Source of the DNA: Acidimicrobiales bacterium
Lineage (GTDB): Bacteria; Actinomycetota; Acidimicrobiia; Acidimicrobiales; CATQHL01
Reading direction: 5' to 3'
Length of the DNA: 64,000 nt
NCBI GenBank assembly: GCA_965237375.1
Contig: CBDEFI010000002.1
Coordinates: 15,911-79,910, forward strand
In this document: positions 31,111 through 41,671 of the stretch, in pieces
How the letters are laid out: each line of letters starts with the position of its first letter
How positions within the stretch are numbered: the first letter of the stretch is position 1
The notes under the pieces: generated by a model
Told to the model about the DNA's origin: nothing
Database searches by the model: none
The model's input: only the letters and a program-made list of their open reading frames with translations
Translations under genes and position numbers: made by a program

Positions 31111-33184
31111 TTGGCGCCTCGCCGTCGACATCGGCGGCACCTTCACCGACACCGTCCTGCTCGACGCCGAGTCGGGCCGGGTTGCCGTCCACAAGGAACT
31201 GACCACTCCCGCCGATCCGCTGCAGGCGGTGCAGGCGGCGATCGCCAGTGTGCTCGGGCGGGCGGGCGTCCGGGCCGCCGAGGTCACCGCCCCCATCGTG
31301 CACGCCACCACGCTGGTCACGAACGCTCTCGTGCAGCGCCGCGCCGGCCGGGCGGCCCTGGTGACCACGCGGGGCTTCGCCGACACGCTGCTGATACGTG
31401 ACGAGCATCGCTACGACATGTACGACCTGCAGATCGAGTTCCCCGAGCCGCCGATACCCCGGGAACGCGTCCTGGAACTGGACGAGCGGGTCACGGCCAG
31501 CGGCGATGTCCGGACGGCGCCCTCTGCCGCCGACCTGGAGCGCCTGGTGGCCGACCTGGCCACCGCTGAGGTGGAGGCCGTCGGCGTGTGCTTCGTGAAC
31601 TCCTACATGAACGGCGCCAATGAGCGGGCCACCGGCGAGTACCTGGCGGCGGCGCTGGGGGTGCCGGTGTGCCTCTCGACGGACGTGGCGCCGCAGATCC
31701 GGGAGTACCCCCGGATGATGACCACGGCTTGTAACGCCGCCGCCATGCCCGTGCTGGGCACCTACCTGGACGACCTGCAGCGCTGGCTGGCGGCCGAGGG
31801 GTTCGGCGGCTCGGTGCTGATGATGCTGTCCAACGGCGGTGTCGTCTCGGCCGACGAGGCGGCCCGCGTGCCCATCCGGCTGGTGGAGTCGGGGCCCGCG
31901 GCAGGGGCCCTGGCGGGCACGTGGTACTCCCGGCGCCTCGGCGAGGACCGCCTGCTGTGCTTCGACATGGGCGGCACCACCGCCAAAGCCTGCCTCATCG
32001 AGGACTACGAGCCGGCGCTGACCTCCTCCTTCGAGATCGCCCGCGTCTGGCGCTTCAAGAAGGGGTCCGGTTACCCGGTGCTGGTGCCGTCGGTGGATCT
32101 CGTGGAGATCGGCGCCGGCGGCGGGAGCCTGGCGCGGGTGGACGAGTTGGGGCTGCTGCGCGTCGGACCCCTCTCGGCGGGTGCCGACCCGGGGCCGGCC
32201 TCCTACGGGCGGGGCGGTACCGAGCCCGCCGTGACCGACGCCGACCTGCTGGTGGGCTACCTGAGCGCCGAGGCGTTCCTGGGCGGCGACATGCCCCTGT
32301 CCACCGAGGCGGCGCGGGCGGCGGCCGAGCCGCTGGCAAAGCGCCTGGACCTCGACGTGGAGAGCCTGGCCGGGGGTGTCGTCGAGGTGGTGGACCAGAA
32401 CATGGCCGCCTCGGCGCGCATGCACGCCGTGGAGCGGGGCGTGGACCTGCGGGGCGTGACACTGCTGGCGTTCGGCGGCGCCGGTCCGGTGCACGCCTGC
32501 CGCGTGGCGGAGCTGGTGGAATCCACCCGGGTGGTGTTCCCGGTGCACGCCAGCGTGCTCTCGGCGTTCGGGACGCTGGTCTCGCCCGTGCGCATCGACC
32601 TGGCCCGCAGCCTCCTGCGGCCGTTGTCGGAGCTGCGAAGCCCCGAGACGGCGGAGCTTCTGGAGGCCATGCGCTCCGAGGGCCGCCGCGTGCTAGCGAC
32701 GGCGGGGGTGCCCGCTGAGCAGGTGCGTTTCCGCTACGGCATCGATGTCCGCTACCGCGGGCAGGGCAACGAGATCACCGTCTGGCTGGGTGAGGGCCCC
32801 GAGTGGCCCACCGACGACGCCGAGACCCTGGCCGCCTTCGAGGCGGAGTACGCGCGGGTCTACGGACTCACCATCGACGACGTGGCGGCCGAGGTGGTGA
32901 CCTGGCGTCTCTCGGCGTGGGCCCCCGTGACCGGCGTGACCCCCGACCTGGCGGCGCCGACGGGGACCGACGCCGCGCCGACCGGCCGGCGCACGGTGCG
33001 CTTCGGGCGTGGCCGGCCACCCGACGACGTGGCGGTGTACGAGCGCAGCGGGCTGCCCGCCGGAACCCGCCTGGACGGCCCGGTCATCATCTCCGAGGCC
33101 GAGACCACAGTCGTGATTCGCCCGGGCTGGCACGTCGAGGTCAACCCCGACGGCAGCCTGCTGGCCCTGCGGGAGGCGCCATGA
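31103..33184 (+). CDS. hyuA: Hydantoinase/oxoprolinase family, A (beta) subunit
   Basis: WRLAVDIGGTFTDTVLLD N-terminus and MGGTTAKA ATPase motif of the Hydantoinase_A family. Confidence 0.9.
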   Translation: MADWRLAVDIGGTFTDTVLLDAESGRVAVHKELTTPADPLQAVQAAIASVLGRAGVRAAEVTAPIVHATTLVTNALVQRRAGRAALVTTRGFADTLLIRDEHRYDMYDLQIEFPEPPIPRERVLELDERVTASGDVRTAPSAADLERLVADLATAEVEAVGVCFVNSYMNGANERATGEYLAAALGVPVCLSTDVAPQIREYPRMMTTACNAAAMPVLGTYLDDLQRWLAAEGFGGSVLMMLSNGGVVSADEAARVPIRLVESGPAAGALAGTWYSRRLGEDRLLCFDMGGTTAKACLIEDYEPALTSSFEIARVWRFKKGSGYPVLVPSVDLVEIGAGGGSLARVDELGLLRVGPLSAGADPGPASYGRGGTEPAVTDADLLVGYLSAEAFLGGDMPLSTEAARAAAEPLAKRLDLDVESLAGGVVEVVDQNMAASARMHAVERGVDLRGVTLLAFGGAGPVHACRVAELVESTRVVFPVHASVLSAFGTLVSPVRIDLARSLLRPLSELRSPETAELLEAMRSEGRRVLATAGVPAEQVRFRYGIDVRYRGQGNEITVWLGEGPEWPTDDAETLAAFEAEYARVYGLTIDDVAAEVVTWRLSAWAPVTGVTPDLAAPTGTDAAPTGRRTVRFGRGRPPDDVAVYERSGLPAGTRLDGPVIISEAETTVVIRPGWHVEVNPDGSLLALREAP

Positions 33185-34809
33185 GCACACAGACCACGAC
33201 CGATCCCGGCGGCGCCGCAGCGGCCCGCTTCGACGCCGTCGACCTGCAGGTGCTCTGGCAGAGTCTCATCTCCACGGTGAACGAGCAGGCGACGGCCCTG
33301 CAGCGCTCGGCCTTCAGCCCCATCGTGCGGGAGGCAGGCGACCTCGCCAACGGCCTCTTCGACCCGCGGGGGCGCATGGTGGCGCAGGCGGTGACGGGCA
33401 CGCCCGGCCACATCAACTCCCTGGCGATGGGCGTGGTGGCCGTGCTGGCCGAGCACCCGGCGGAGTCGCTGTCGCCGGGCGACGTGCTCATCACCAACGA
33501 CCCCTACAAGACCGCCGGGCAGTTACTGGACGTCACCGTCATGACCCCGGTGTTCCGCGGCGGGCGACTCATCGCCTTCTTCTGCTCCACGATCCACCAC
33601 TCCGACGTGGGCGGCTACGGCATCGGTGCCGGCGGCCGCGACGTGTTCGAGGAGGGCCTGTGGATCCCCATCTGCAAGCTAATGGTTGCCGGCGAGCGCA
33701 ACGCCGACGTATGGAACTTCATCCTCTCCAACGTGCGCACCCCCGACCACGTGGCCGGCGACCTGCACGCCCAGATGGCCTCCGCCGCGGTGGGGGAGCA
33801 GCGCCTGCAGGCCCTGTGCGACGCCTGGGACCTCGACGACATCGACGACCTGGCCGACGAGATCATCGAGCGCTCCGAGGCGGCCACCCGTGAGAGCATC
33901 CGTTCCCTGCCGGCGGCCACGCACGAGGCCGAAGCCCTCCTGGACCTGGCCGACGGTTCCCTCATCACCATCCGCTGCGCGGTGACCGTGGATCCCGACG
34001 CCGGGGAGATCCTCGTGTCCTACGAGGGCTCCTCGCCGGCCAGCCCCTGGGGTATCAACGTCGTGCGCAACTATACCCACGCCTACACGACTTTCACCGT
34101 CAGGTCGATGTTGAATCCCGAGATCCCCAACAACCACGGCAGCCTGGCCCCCATCCTACTGGCCGCCCCGGAGGGGTCGGTCGTGAACGCGGTGTCGCCG
34201 CAGCCCTGCACCGCCCGCCACGTGGTGGGCATGTTCCTGCCCAACGCCCTGCTGAAGGCGCTCGCCCCCGTCAAGCCCTCCCAGGCCATGGCGGAGGGGT
34301 CGGGCGCGGTGTGGACGATGCAGGTGAGCGGCTTCCACGACGACGGCAGCCCCTTCATCACGGCCATGTTCACCTACGCCGGGGGAGTGGGCGGCCGGGC
34401 CGCCAAGCCGGGCCTGTCGGCCTGCTCGTACCCCACCGGCGTGGCGGCGGTGCCCGTGGAGGTGGTGGAGGCCTCGGCGCCGGTGCGCTTCCTGCGCAAG
34501 GAGTTGCGGGCGGGCTCCGGCGGTGCGGGACGCCAGCCCGGCGGGGAGGGCCAGATCATCGAGTTCGTGGTGGACACCGACCGGGAGTGGCAGCTCAACG
34601 CCGTGACCAGCCGCCTCACCGCGGCGCCGCAGGGCCTGAACGGCGGTGAGCCGGGGGCGGCGGGGCGGTTCTGCGTGAACGGCGAGCCGGTCACCACCCA
34701 GGCCCGCCTGCGCCTCGACCCCGGCGACGTGGTGCGCCTCGACCTCCCTGGCGGTGGCGGCCAGGGCCCGCCGGCCGAGGCGACGAACGGAGACGCCGGC
34801 GGCTCATGA
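33181..34809 (+). CDS. hyuB: Hydantoinase/oxoprolinase family, B (alpha) subunit
   Basis: ATG 33181 overlaps the hyuA stop (ATGA). ...SAFSPIVREAGDLANGLFD...ITNDPY... is typical Hydantoinase_B. In frame with track ORF 32803..34809. Confidence 0.9.
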   Translation: MSTQTTTDPGGAAAARFDAVDLQVLWQSLISTVNEQATALQRSAFSPIVREAGDLANGLFDPRGRMVAQAVTGTPGHINSLAMGVVAVLAEHPAESLSPGDVLITNDPYKTAGQLLDVTVMTPVFRGGRLIAFFCSTIHHSDVGGYGIGAGGRDVFEEGLWIPICKLMVAGERNADVWNFILSNVRTPDHVAGDLHAQMASAAVGEQRLQALCDAWDLDDIDDLADEIIERSEAATRESIRSLPAATHEAEALLDLADGSLITIRCAVTVDPDAGEILVSYEGSSPASPWGINVVRNYTHAYTTFTVRSMLNPEIPNNHGSLAPILLAAPEGSVVNAVSPQPCTARHVVGMFLPNALLKALAPVKPSQAMAEGSGAVWTMQVSGFHDDGSPFITAMFTYAGGVGGRAAKPGLSACSYPTGVAAVPVEVVEASAPVRFLRKELRAGSGGAGRQPGGEGQIIEFVVDTDREWQLNAVTSRLTAAPQGLNGGEPGAAGRFCVNGEPVTTQARLRLDPGDVVRLDLPGGGGQGPPAEATNGDAGGS

Positions 34810-36410
34810 CCGGCCTCGACGCCCCGGGCACGGCGCCGGCCGGTACCTGGCCGGAGGCGGTCACCTTCGCCCAGACGTGGGACCGGGCCGTCGAACGCAA
34901 CCCGGAAGCGCTGTTCCTGCGCTACACAGCTCCCGACGGCACCGTCGCCGAGTGGAGCTACGGCGCCTTCGACCGCTGGATCGACGGTGTGGCGGAGCGC
35001 ATGCACCGCGCCGGGGTGCGTACCGGCCGTGCCGTGCACCTGGCGCTGGCCAACGGTCCCGCTTTCGTGGCCGTGTGGCTGGCGGCGATCCGGCTGGGGG
35101 CCACGATGGTGCCCTCCGACCCGCACGGGCGGGCTCCGGAATTGGCAGGGCACATCTCCCGCACCAACCCGGCGGTGGGCTTCTGTGCCGCTGAGCGGGC
35201 GGAGGAGTACCGGCGGGGCGCCGACGAGGCCGCTGCGGCCGTGCCCGACCTCGCCATGGAGATCGTGGCACTCGACGAGCACGCCCCGAGTCTCGACGCC
35301 GTTGTTGGCGGCGTCGGCGCCGCACCCGCCCGAGCACTCGCCCGGCCCGATATCGGGCTGCGCGACACGGCGGCCATCATGTTTACCTCCGGTACCACCG
35401 GGCGGCCCAAGGGCGTGGAGATCACCCAGGCCAACTACGCCTTCAGCGGCAAGATCATGGCCGAGCGGGCCGGCTTCGACGCCGATCACCGCCTGCTGGT
35501 GGTGCTGCCGCTGTTCCACGGCAACGCCCAGTACTACTCCTTCGCCGCGGCCATCTGGGCCGGGGCCGCCGTGATGCTCCAGCCGGCCTTCTCGGCCGGC
35601 CGCTTCTGCGCGCAGGCCACCGCCGACGGGGCCACCGCCGCGAGCCTCTTCGCCGCGCCGATGCGCATGATCCTGGCCCGCGGCGCCGGCGGCCCGGCCC
35701 TGAATCTGGCGCACTGCTGGTACGCCCAGAACGTGAGCGACGAGCAGTACACGCAGCTCAGCGAGCTGTTCGGCTGCCTACCGCGCCAGCTCTACGGCAT
35801 GACCGAGACGCTGCCCGCCGTATTGACCGAGCCGGCGGATGACCCCGTACCGTCCTCGATGGGCCGGCAGACGCCGGGCTGCCTGGTGGACGTGCACGAC
35901 GCCGCCGGCCGCTCGGTACCCGACGGCGAGGTCGGCGAGCTGGTGGTGGGTGGTGATCGGGGCATCACTCTGTTCGCCGGCTACCTCGACGACCCGGCGG
36001 TGACTGTCGCCTCGTTCCGCGACGGCTGGCTGCTGACCGGCGACCGAACCCGTCGCGACGCCACCGGCCGCCACTACTTCGACGGCCGTCACAGCGAGGT
36101 ACTGAAGGTGTCCGGCGAGAACGTCTCGGTGGTGGCCGTGGAGGCCGTGCTGGCGGAGCATCCGGCCGTATTGGAAGCAGCAGTGGTGGGCCGAGCGGAC
36201 CCGATACGCGACGAGGTGCCGGTGGGTTTCGTGGTCGCCCGCGACCCGGCCCGACCTCCGAGCACCGCCGAGCTGATGGCCTGGTGCGGCGAGCGCCTCG
36301 GCAAGGCGGCCATGCCCCGGGACCTGACCCTCCTGGATGAACTCCCCCGCACCTCGGTGGGCAAGATCCGCAAGTTCCTCCTGGCCGGCCGCGCCGCCAC
36401 CGACACCTGA
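34806..36410 (+). CDS. AMP-dependent synthetase/ligase (acyl-CoA synthetase family)
   Basis: AMP-binding motif IMFTSGTTGRPKGV, YGMTE, and C-terminal ...TSVGKIRK. ATGA overlap with hyuB. Confidence 0.88.
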   Translation: MTGLDAPGTAPAGTWPEAVTFAQTWDRAVERNPEALFLRYTAPDGTVAEWSYGAFDRWIDGVAERMHRAGVRTGRAVHLALANGPAFVAVWLAAIRLGATMVPSDPHGRAPELAGHISRTNPAVGFCAAERAEEYRRGADEAAAAVPDLAMEIVALDEHAPSLDAVVGGVGAAPARALARPDIGLRDTAAIMFTSGTTGRPKGVEITQANYAFSGKIMAERAGFDADHRLLVVLPLFHGNAQYYSFAAAIWAGAAVMLQPAFSAGRFCAQATADGATAASLFAAPMRMILARGAGGPALNLAHCWYAQNVSDEQYTQLSELFGCLPRQLYGMTETLPAVLTEPADDPVPSSMGRQTPGCLVDVHDAAGRSVPDGEVGELVVGGDRGITLFAGYLDDPAVTVASFRDGWLLTGDRTRRDATGRHYFDGRHSEVLKVSGENVSVVAVEAVLAEHPAVLEAAVVGRADPIRDEVPVGFVVARDPARPPSTAELMAWCGERLGKAAMPRDLTLLDELPRTSVGKIRKFLLAGRAATDT

Positions 36411-36554
36411 CGTACTCGGGTCGAGCCTCACTCGTTTGGGACCATCGAATCGCGCCAGCCGGTGTCGTGTGGCATGATTCTTGCCCGCGTGCTGCCCCGC
36501 GTTCCCGCCGGAGCAGGAGTGCAGCACCTTCATTCACAACAGAGGGGAAAGCCC

Positions 36555-37928
36555 ATGAAAACACCCAAGCGCCTGTCGCTCCTTCTCGTGACCGTAGCTG
36601 TCGCCGGTCTCCTGGCCGCCGCCTGCGCGAGCTCCGACGACGGTGTCGCGGACACAGTGGCAGCCGCCAACGCCTCGACCGCCGAAGCCGGATCCACCGC
36701 TGCGGACGCAAGCTCGACGGCTGCAGACGCCGCCGTCGGCGCCGCCACCGCCCAGGTAACGGCCGACGCCGCCGGTGCTGCCGCCGCCGTGGCGAAGGCC
36801 ACCGCCGAGGGCAACCAGGCGGAGGTGGCCAGTGCCGAGGCCGCACTGGCCAATGCGCAGCAGGCAGTGGAGGCCGCCCGCGCCGAAGCCGAGTCCGCCC
36901 AGGAGGACGCTGCTGAGGCAGTGGCCGCTGCCGAGGAGGTCATGGCCGCGGCGCTGATCGCCGCGCTCGACATGAACGACGACGGGGACGTGGTCTTCGG
37001 CGTGGCCACCGCCGGGCCGCGCGACGACGGGGCGTACTACCAGGCCCTCGTCGAGGCGGTGGAGGAGTTCTCCGCAACCAACGGCTTCTCGGCCCCCATC
37101 ATCGTGGACAACATCCAGCCCGCCGATGCCGCCACCGAACTGGCCAACCTGGCCGAGCAGGGTGTGGACGTCCTGGCGGTGGGCGCCAGCGAGATCGCCG
37201 AGCCGCTGGCCGATCTCGTGGAGCAGTACCCGGAGATCTTCTGGTACTGCAACTGCGGCGCCGGCTACCCGGCACTGTCGGGGCTCGCCCAGGCGCAGGA
37301 CGACAGCTCGCAGATCAGCTACAGCGCCGGCTACGCCACGGGCATCCTGCTGCGCGACAGCGGCGGCGACAGCGTCCACTTCATCGGCTGCTGCGACCTG
37401 AACTTCGAGAAGGAGGCCTACATGGCCTTCGAGATGGGCCTGCAGGCGGTGGACGCGAGCTTCACGATGACCTACGTGCCGACGGGCAACTTCCCGTTCG
37501 ACTTCGACAACATCTCCGGCGCCACCGAGGCGTTCAACAACGCCGTGGCGCAGGGCGCCGACGCCGTGTACCCGTACCTCGGCGGGGCGCACGAGCCGCT
37601 GGTGGCGCTCGCCAACGAGAACGATGTCATCGTCATGTCGGCCGGGGCGTCCGACGTCTGTGAGCGCACCGACCTGGACTACGACCTGGCCGTGCAGTTC
37701 GACGCCGGTGACTACATCGAGACACTGCTGCAACTCATCGCCGACGGTCAGTTCGGCGAGGGCGAGACGTTCACCTTCAGCGTCGGGCAGTTCCCGTTCG
37801 TGGGTGCCAAGCTGTGCAACGCCACCGCCGAGCAGCAGGCCGAGTTCGACGCCGAACTGGCCAACATCGCCGCCGGCACCTACGCCGAGCCGTTCTTCGC
37901 CATCAAGGCCGAGGCCTACGGCTTCTAG
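36555..37928 (+). CDS. BMP-family (Med/PnrA-like) ABC substrate-binding lipoprotein with a long Ala-rich linker
   Basis: ATG 36555 after AGAGGGGA. Lipobox LLAAAC|ASSDD. ~130-aa Ala/Glu-rich region, then a BMP-like body (VVFGVATAGPRDDGAYYQAL...). Confidence 0.8.
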   Translation: MKTPKRLSLLLVTVAVAGLLAAACASSDDGVADTVAAANASTAEAGSTAADASSTAADAAVGAATAQVTADAAGAAAAVAKATAEGNQAEVASAEAALANAQQAVEAARAEAESAQEDAAEAVAAAEEVMAAALIAALDMNDDGDVVFGVATAGPRDDGAYYQALVEAVEEFSATNGFSAPIIVDNIQPADAATELANLAEQGVDVLAVGASEIAEPLADLVEQYPEIFWYCNCGAGYPALSGLAQAQDDSSQISYSAGYATGILLRDSGGDSVHFIGCCDLNFEKEAYMAFEMGLQAVDASFTMTYVPTGNFPFDFDNISGATEAFNNAVAQGADAVYPYLGGAHEPLVALANENDVIVMSAGASDVCERTDLDYDLAVQFDAGDYIETLLQLIADGQFGEGETFTFSVGQFPFVGAKLCNATAEQQAEFDAELANIAAGTYAEPFFAIKAEAYGF

Positions 37929-38024
37929 GGGTAGCAACGGCCGACCGGACGACGCGGCAGGCCCGCTACCGGGGATGAGTCTCCGGAGGCGGGCCTGTCG
38001 CGTGCGCAGGCCGACCACCGCGCT

Positions 38025-39605
38025 GTGACCGCGCCGGTCGCCGCCGAACTGCAGGGCATCACCAAGCGCTTCGGCGCGGTGCTGGCCTGCGACGACGTCG
38101 ACCTGTCGCTGTGGCGGGGTGAGATCCACGGCATCCTGGGCGAGAACGGTGCCGGCAAGTCCACGCTGATGAAGGTGCTCTTCGGCCTGGTGCTGCCCGA
38201 CGCCGGCACGATCCGCATCGACGGCGCAGCCTGCCGGATACGTGACCCCGCCGAAGCGGCCGAGCAAGGGATCGGCATGGTGCACCAGCACTTCAGCCTG
38301 GTGGAGCCGCTCACTGTGTGGGAGAACGTCATCCTCGGCGAGCGCATCGGCCTGAACGCGGCCGCGGCCCGCCGGCGGGTGGGCGAGATCAGCGAGCGCT
38401 ACGGCCTGGACGTCGACCCCGACGAGCGGGTGAGCGACCTGAGCGCCGGCCTGCGCCAGCGGGTGGAGATCATCAAGTGCCTGCGCCGCGACCCCGCCAT
38501 TATCGTGCTCGACGAGCCCACGTCGGTGCTGACGCCGGGGGAGGCCGAGCAACTCTTCGCGGTGTTGCGACGGGTCGTGGAGCGGGAGAACAAGGCGGTT
38601 GCCCTGGTCAGCCACAAGCTGGACGAGGTGCTGGCCGCCAGCGACCGGATCACGATCATGCGGGCCGGAGCGGTGGTGGATCGGCGCGACACCGCCGACG
38701 CCGACGCTCCGGGTCTGGCCCGCGCCATGGTGGGCCGCCCGGTGTCGCTGCGCTCGGAGGGTGCTGCGCTGGGCCACCTGGAGGTTCTCGGCGAGGGGGC
38801 GACCCCCCACGAGGAGGCCGCGCCCGGCGGCGCGCCGGCGGGGCCGCGACCCGTGCTGTCGATCAGCGGCGCCACTGCTCGGGGCCGCGACGGCAGGGTC
38901 CTGCTGGACGATCTCTCCCTGGAGGTCCACCCCGGCGAGATCGTGGGCGTGGCCGGCGTCGAGGGCAACGGCCAGGCTGCGCTGAGCGACCTGCTCTCCA
39001 GCCTGCTGAGCCTCCAGAGCGGCACGGTGCGGGTGCGTGACGCCACGCCGGTGCCGGGTCGTCCCGGCGCCATGGCCGCAGCGGGCGTGGCGGTGGTACC
39101 CGCCGACCGCCACGAGTCGGGTTGCGTGCTGGACATGACCGTGGCGGAGAACCTGACTCTCGTCTCGCCGCCGCGATCCCGCCTTGGCCGCGCCATCCTG
39201 GACCGCGCCCGGCGCCAGGAGCGGGCCGAGCGGCTCATCGAGCAATTCGGCATCCAGACGTCCGGACCCGACGCCCCGCTGTGGTCGCTCTCGGGCGGGA
39301 ACCAGCAGCGCGTCGTGCTGGCGCGGGAGTTGAGCGGCGATCCGGCGGTGCTCGTGGCGGCGCAGCCCACGCGGGGCCTCGACGTCGGGGCGATCGAGTA
39401 CGTGTCCGAGCGCCTCCGGGAGGCCGCCCGCGACGGGGTGGGCGTGCTGCTGATCTCCACCGAGTTGGAGGAGGTGCTGGATCTGGCCGACCGGATCGTG
39501 GTCGTCTTCCGGGGACGCATCGTCGGGGAGATGGACCGCACCGAGGTGGACATCGAGCGCCTCGGCCTGCTGATGAGCGGGGCGCAGCAGGCGGCGGCGT
39601 CGTGA
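38025..39605 (+). CDS. ABC transporter ATP-binding protein, tandem-ATPase (sugar/nucleoside-uptake type)
   Basis: First cassette GENGAGKST / LSAGLRQR / IVLDEPT. Second cassette LSGGNQQR. Confidence 0.92.
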   Translation: MTAPVAAELQGITKRFGAVLACDDVDLSLWRGEIHGILGENGAGKSTLMKVLFGLVLPDAGTIRIDGAACRIRDPAEAAEQGIGMVHQHFSLVEPLTVWENVILGERIGLNAAAARRRVGEISERYGLDVDPDERVSDLSAGLRQRVEIIKCLRRDPAIIVLDEPTSVLTPGEAEQLFAVLRRVVERENKAVALVSHKLDEVLAASDRITIMRAGAVVDRRDTADADAPGLARAMVGRPVSLRSEGAALGHLEVLGEGATPHEEAAPGGAPAGPRPVLSISGATARGRDGRVLLDDLSLEVHPGEIVGVAGVEGNGQAALSDLLSSLLSLQSGTVRVRDATPVPGRPGAMAAAGVAVVPADRHESGCVLDMTVAENLTLVSPPRSRLGRAILDRARRQERAERLIEQFGIQTSGPDAPLWSLSGGNQQRVVLARELSGDPAVLVAAQPTRGLDVGAIEYVSERLREAARDGVGVLLISTELEEVLDLADRIVVVFRGRIVGEMDRTEVDIERLGLLMSGAQQAAAS

Positions 39606-40729
39606 CCACGGCGACGGCCGCAGGGGACGAGGCGGGCGCCCGCCTCTCGCGGACACGTGAGGGCGTCACGGTTCTGGGCATCTACCTCGCCAGCGTCGCC
39701 GTGGCCCTGCTCGTGGCGGCGCTCGTGCTCTACGCCACGGGCGGTTCCTGGACCACGGTCCTCTCGGCCCTGCTGGACGGCAGCGTGCGCCGCCCCGGCC
39801 GCTGGGGCGACACCATCGGCGAGGCCACCCCGCTGCTCCTCGTGGCCCTGGGCACCATCGTGAACTCACGGGCCGGCCTGGTGAACATCGGCCAGGAGGG
39901 GCAACTCTACGTGGGCGCGGCCCTTGGCACCTATGTGGCCACCCACGTCGGAGCCTCGGGTCCGTTCGTGCTGATCCTGGTGCTGCTGGCGGGCATTGTG
40001 GGCGGGGCAATCTGGGCGGGCATCGCTTCGGCGCTGCGCTACGGGCGGCGCATTCCGGAGGTGTTGAGCACGTTGCTGCTGGTGTTCGTGGCGGCGCAGG
40101 CCGTGGGCTACGGGCTGAAGAACACGAATCTGCTGCTGGACCCCACCCCCGACACCGGCAACCGCAACCTCATAAGCGATCAGCTCGACACTTCCACACG
40201 CCTTCCCCGGGTCACCTGGTTCGGCAACGAGTTCCCGGTGAGCGCCTTCGTGGCGCTCGTCCTGGCCGTGCTGGTGGCGCTGGCGCTCACCTGGACGGTC
40301 ACCGGCTTCCGCCTGCAGATGCTCGGGCAGGGTCCGCGCACGGCGCACCGCGCCGGTGTGAGCGAATCGCGCTACGGCGGCATGGCGCTGGTCGTCTCCG
40401 GGGCGTTCTGCGGCTTGGCCGGGGCGTTCATGTTCACCGGGGGCGACTTCGGCAACTACCGCCTCACGCCCGGCTTCCCGGTCAACATCGGCTGGGAAGG
40501 GCTGCTGGTGGCGCTCGTGGCCCGCGCCCACCCGATCGTGGCGATCCCGGCGGCGTTCGTGTTCGCCGCCCTGCGCACCGGGTCGGGATTCCTCGCCGCC
40601 ACCGGCGTTGACCGCGACATCACCAAGGTGGTGCAAGCGCTGCTGGTCCTGGCGCTGCTGGTGCCGCCCGCCATCCTGTTCGTGCGAGACCGGCGCCGGG
40701 CCCTGGCCGCGGCACGAGATCGGGTCTGA
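39602..40729 (+). CDS. ABC transporter permease (BPD_transp_2 type)
   Basis: GTG 39602 overlaps the ATPase stop. TM-rich. In frame with track ORF 39122..40729. Confidence 0.85.
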   Translation: MTTATAAGDEAGARLSRTREGVTVLGIYLASVAVALLVAALVLYATGGSWTTVLSALLDGSVRRPGRWGDTIGEATPLLLVALGTIVNSRAGLVNIGQEGQLYVGAALGTYVATHVGASGPFVLILVLLAGIVGGAIWAGIASALRYGRRIPEVLSTLLLVFVAAQAVGYGLKNTNLLLDPTPDTGNRNLISDQLDTSTRLPRVTWFGNEFPVSAFVALVLAVLVALALTWTVTGFRLQMLGQGPRTAHRAGVSESRYGGMALVVSGAFCGLAGAFMFTGGDFGNYRLTPGFPVNIGWEGLLVALVARAHPIVAIPAAFVFAALRTGSGFLAATGVDRDITKVVQALLVLALLVPPAILFVRDRRRALAAARDRV

Positions 40730-40732
40730 GTC

Positions 40733-41671
40733 GTGGTCGGCGATTTCTTCTCCGCCATCGGCGACGTGCTCTCCAGCGAGTCCACGTACAGCAGCGGCTG
40801 GCGGCTGGCCGCGGCGCTGGGGTTCGTGGCCGTGGGGGAGTGGATCGCCGAGCGGGCCGGCACCATCAACGTCTCCGTGGAAGGGGCCATGCTGGGAGGC
40901 GCCTTCGCCGCCGCCATGGGCTACGACGCCTCCGGCTCGATTGCTGTGGGTCTGCTCGTCGGCGCGGCGGCGGGGCTCGCGGTGGGTGCCGTGCAGGCCC
41001 ACTTCAGCCACAACCTCACGGCGAATCAGTTCGTGGTCGGACTGACGCTCAACATCCTGGTGCTCGGCGTGGCCAGCTTCCTGAACAGCAGCCTGAAACC
41101 CGAGACCGCCGCGGCGCACGTCTTCGAGGTGCCCGGCCTCGTGGAGATCCCGCTGCTGGGGCCTGCCCTTTTCGGCCAGCCGTGGCCGTTGTACCTGCTG
41201 TACCCGCTGGTGCCGCTGGCTTGGTGGCTGCTGTATCGCACGCGCTGGGGGTTGGAGGTGCGTGCCGTGGGGGAGAACCCCCAGGCCGCCGACGTGTCGT
41301 CCATCAACGTGAACGCCCGTCGGCGCCAGGCCATCTACATCGCCGGCATCACGTCGGGGCTGGGTGGCGGCTACCTGCTGTTGGGGCAGGTCGGCTGGTA
41401 CGAGGACTCCATCGTGGGTGGCCAGGGCTTCATCGCCATCGCCGCGGTCATCTTCGGCGGCTGGACATTGCGGGGGGCGATGTTCGGCTGCCTGCTGTTC
41501 GGCAGCGCCAATTCCTTCCGTCTCAGCCTGCCCGGTCTGGGCCACCCCCTCAACTCCGAATTGCTGTCATCGCTGCCCTTCGTGCTTACGATCTGCGTCA
41601 TGGCCCTGTTCGCGCACCGCACGCGCGAGCCGCAGTCCCTGGCGCGACCGTTCATCAGGGGCCTGCGATGA
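40733..41671 (+). CDS. ABC transporter permease (second subunit)
   Basis: 312 aa, TM-rich, paralogous layout to the preceding permease. Confidence 0.85.
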   Translation: MVGDFFSAIGDVLSSESTYSSGWRLAAALGFVAVGEWIAERAGTINVSVEGAMLGGAFAAAMGYDASGSIAVGLLVGAAAGLAVGAVQAHFSHNLTANQFVVGLTLNILVLGVASFLNSSLKPETAAAHVFEVPGLVEIPLLGPALFGQPWPLYLLYPLVPLAWWLLYRTRWGLEVRAVGENPQAADVSSINVNARRRQAIYIAGITSGLGGGYLLLGQVGWYEDSIVGGQGFIAIAAVIFGGWTLRGAMFGCLLFGSANSFRLSLPGLGHPLNSELLSSLPFVLTICVMALFAHRTREPQSLARPFIRGLR

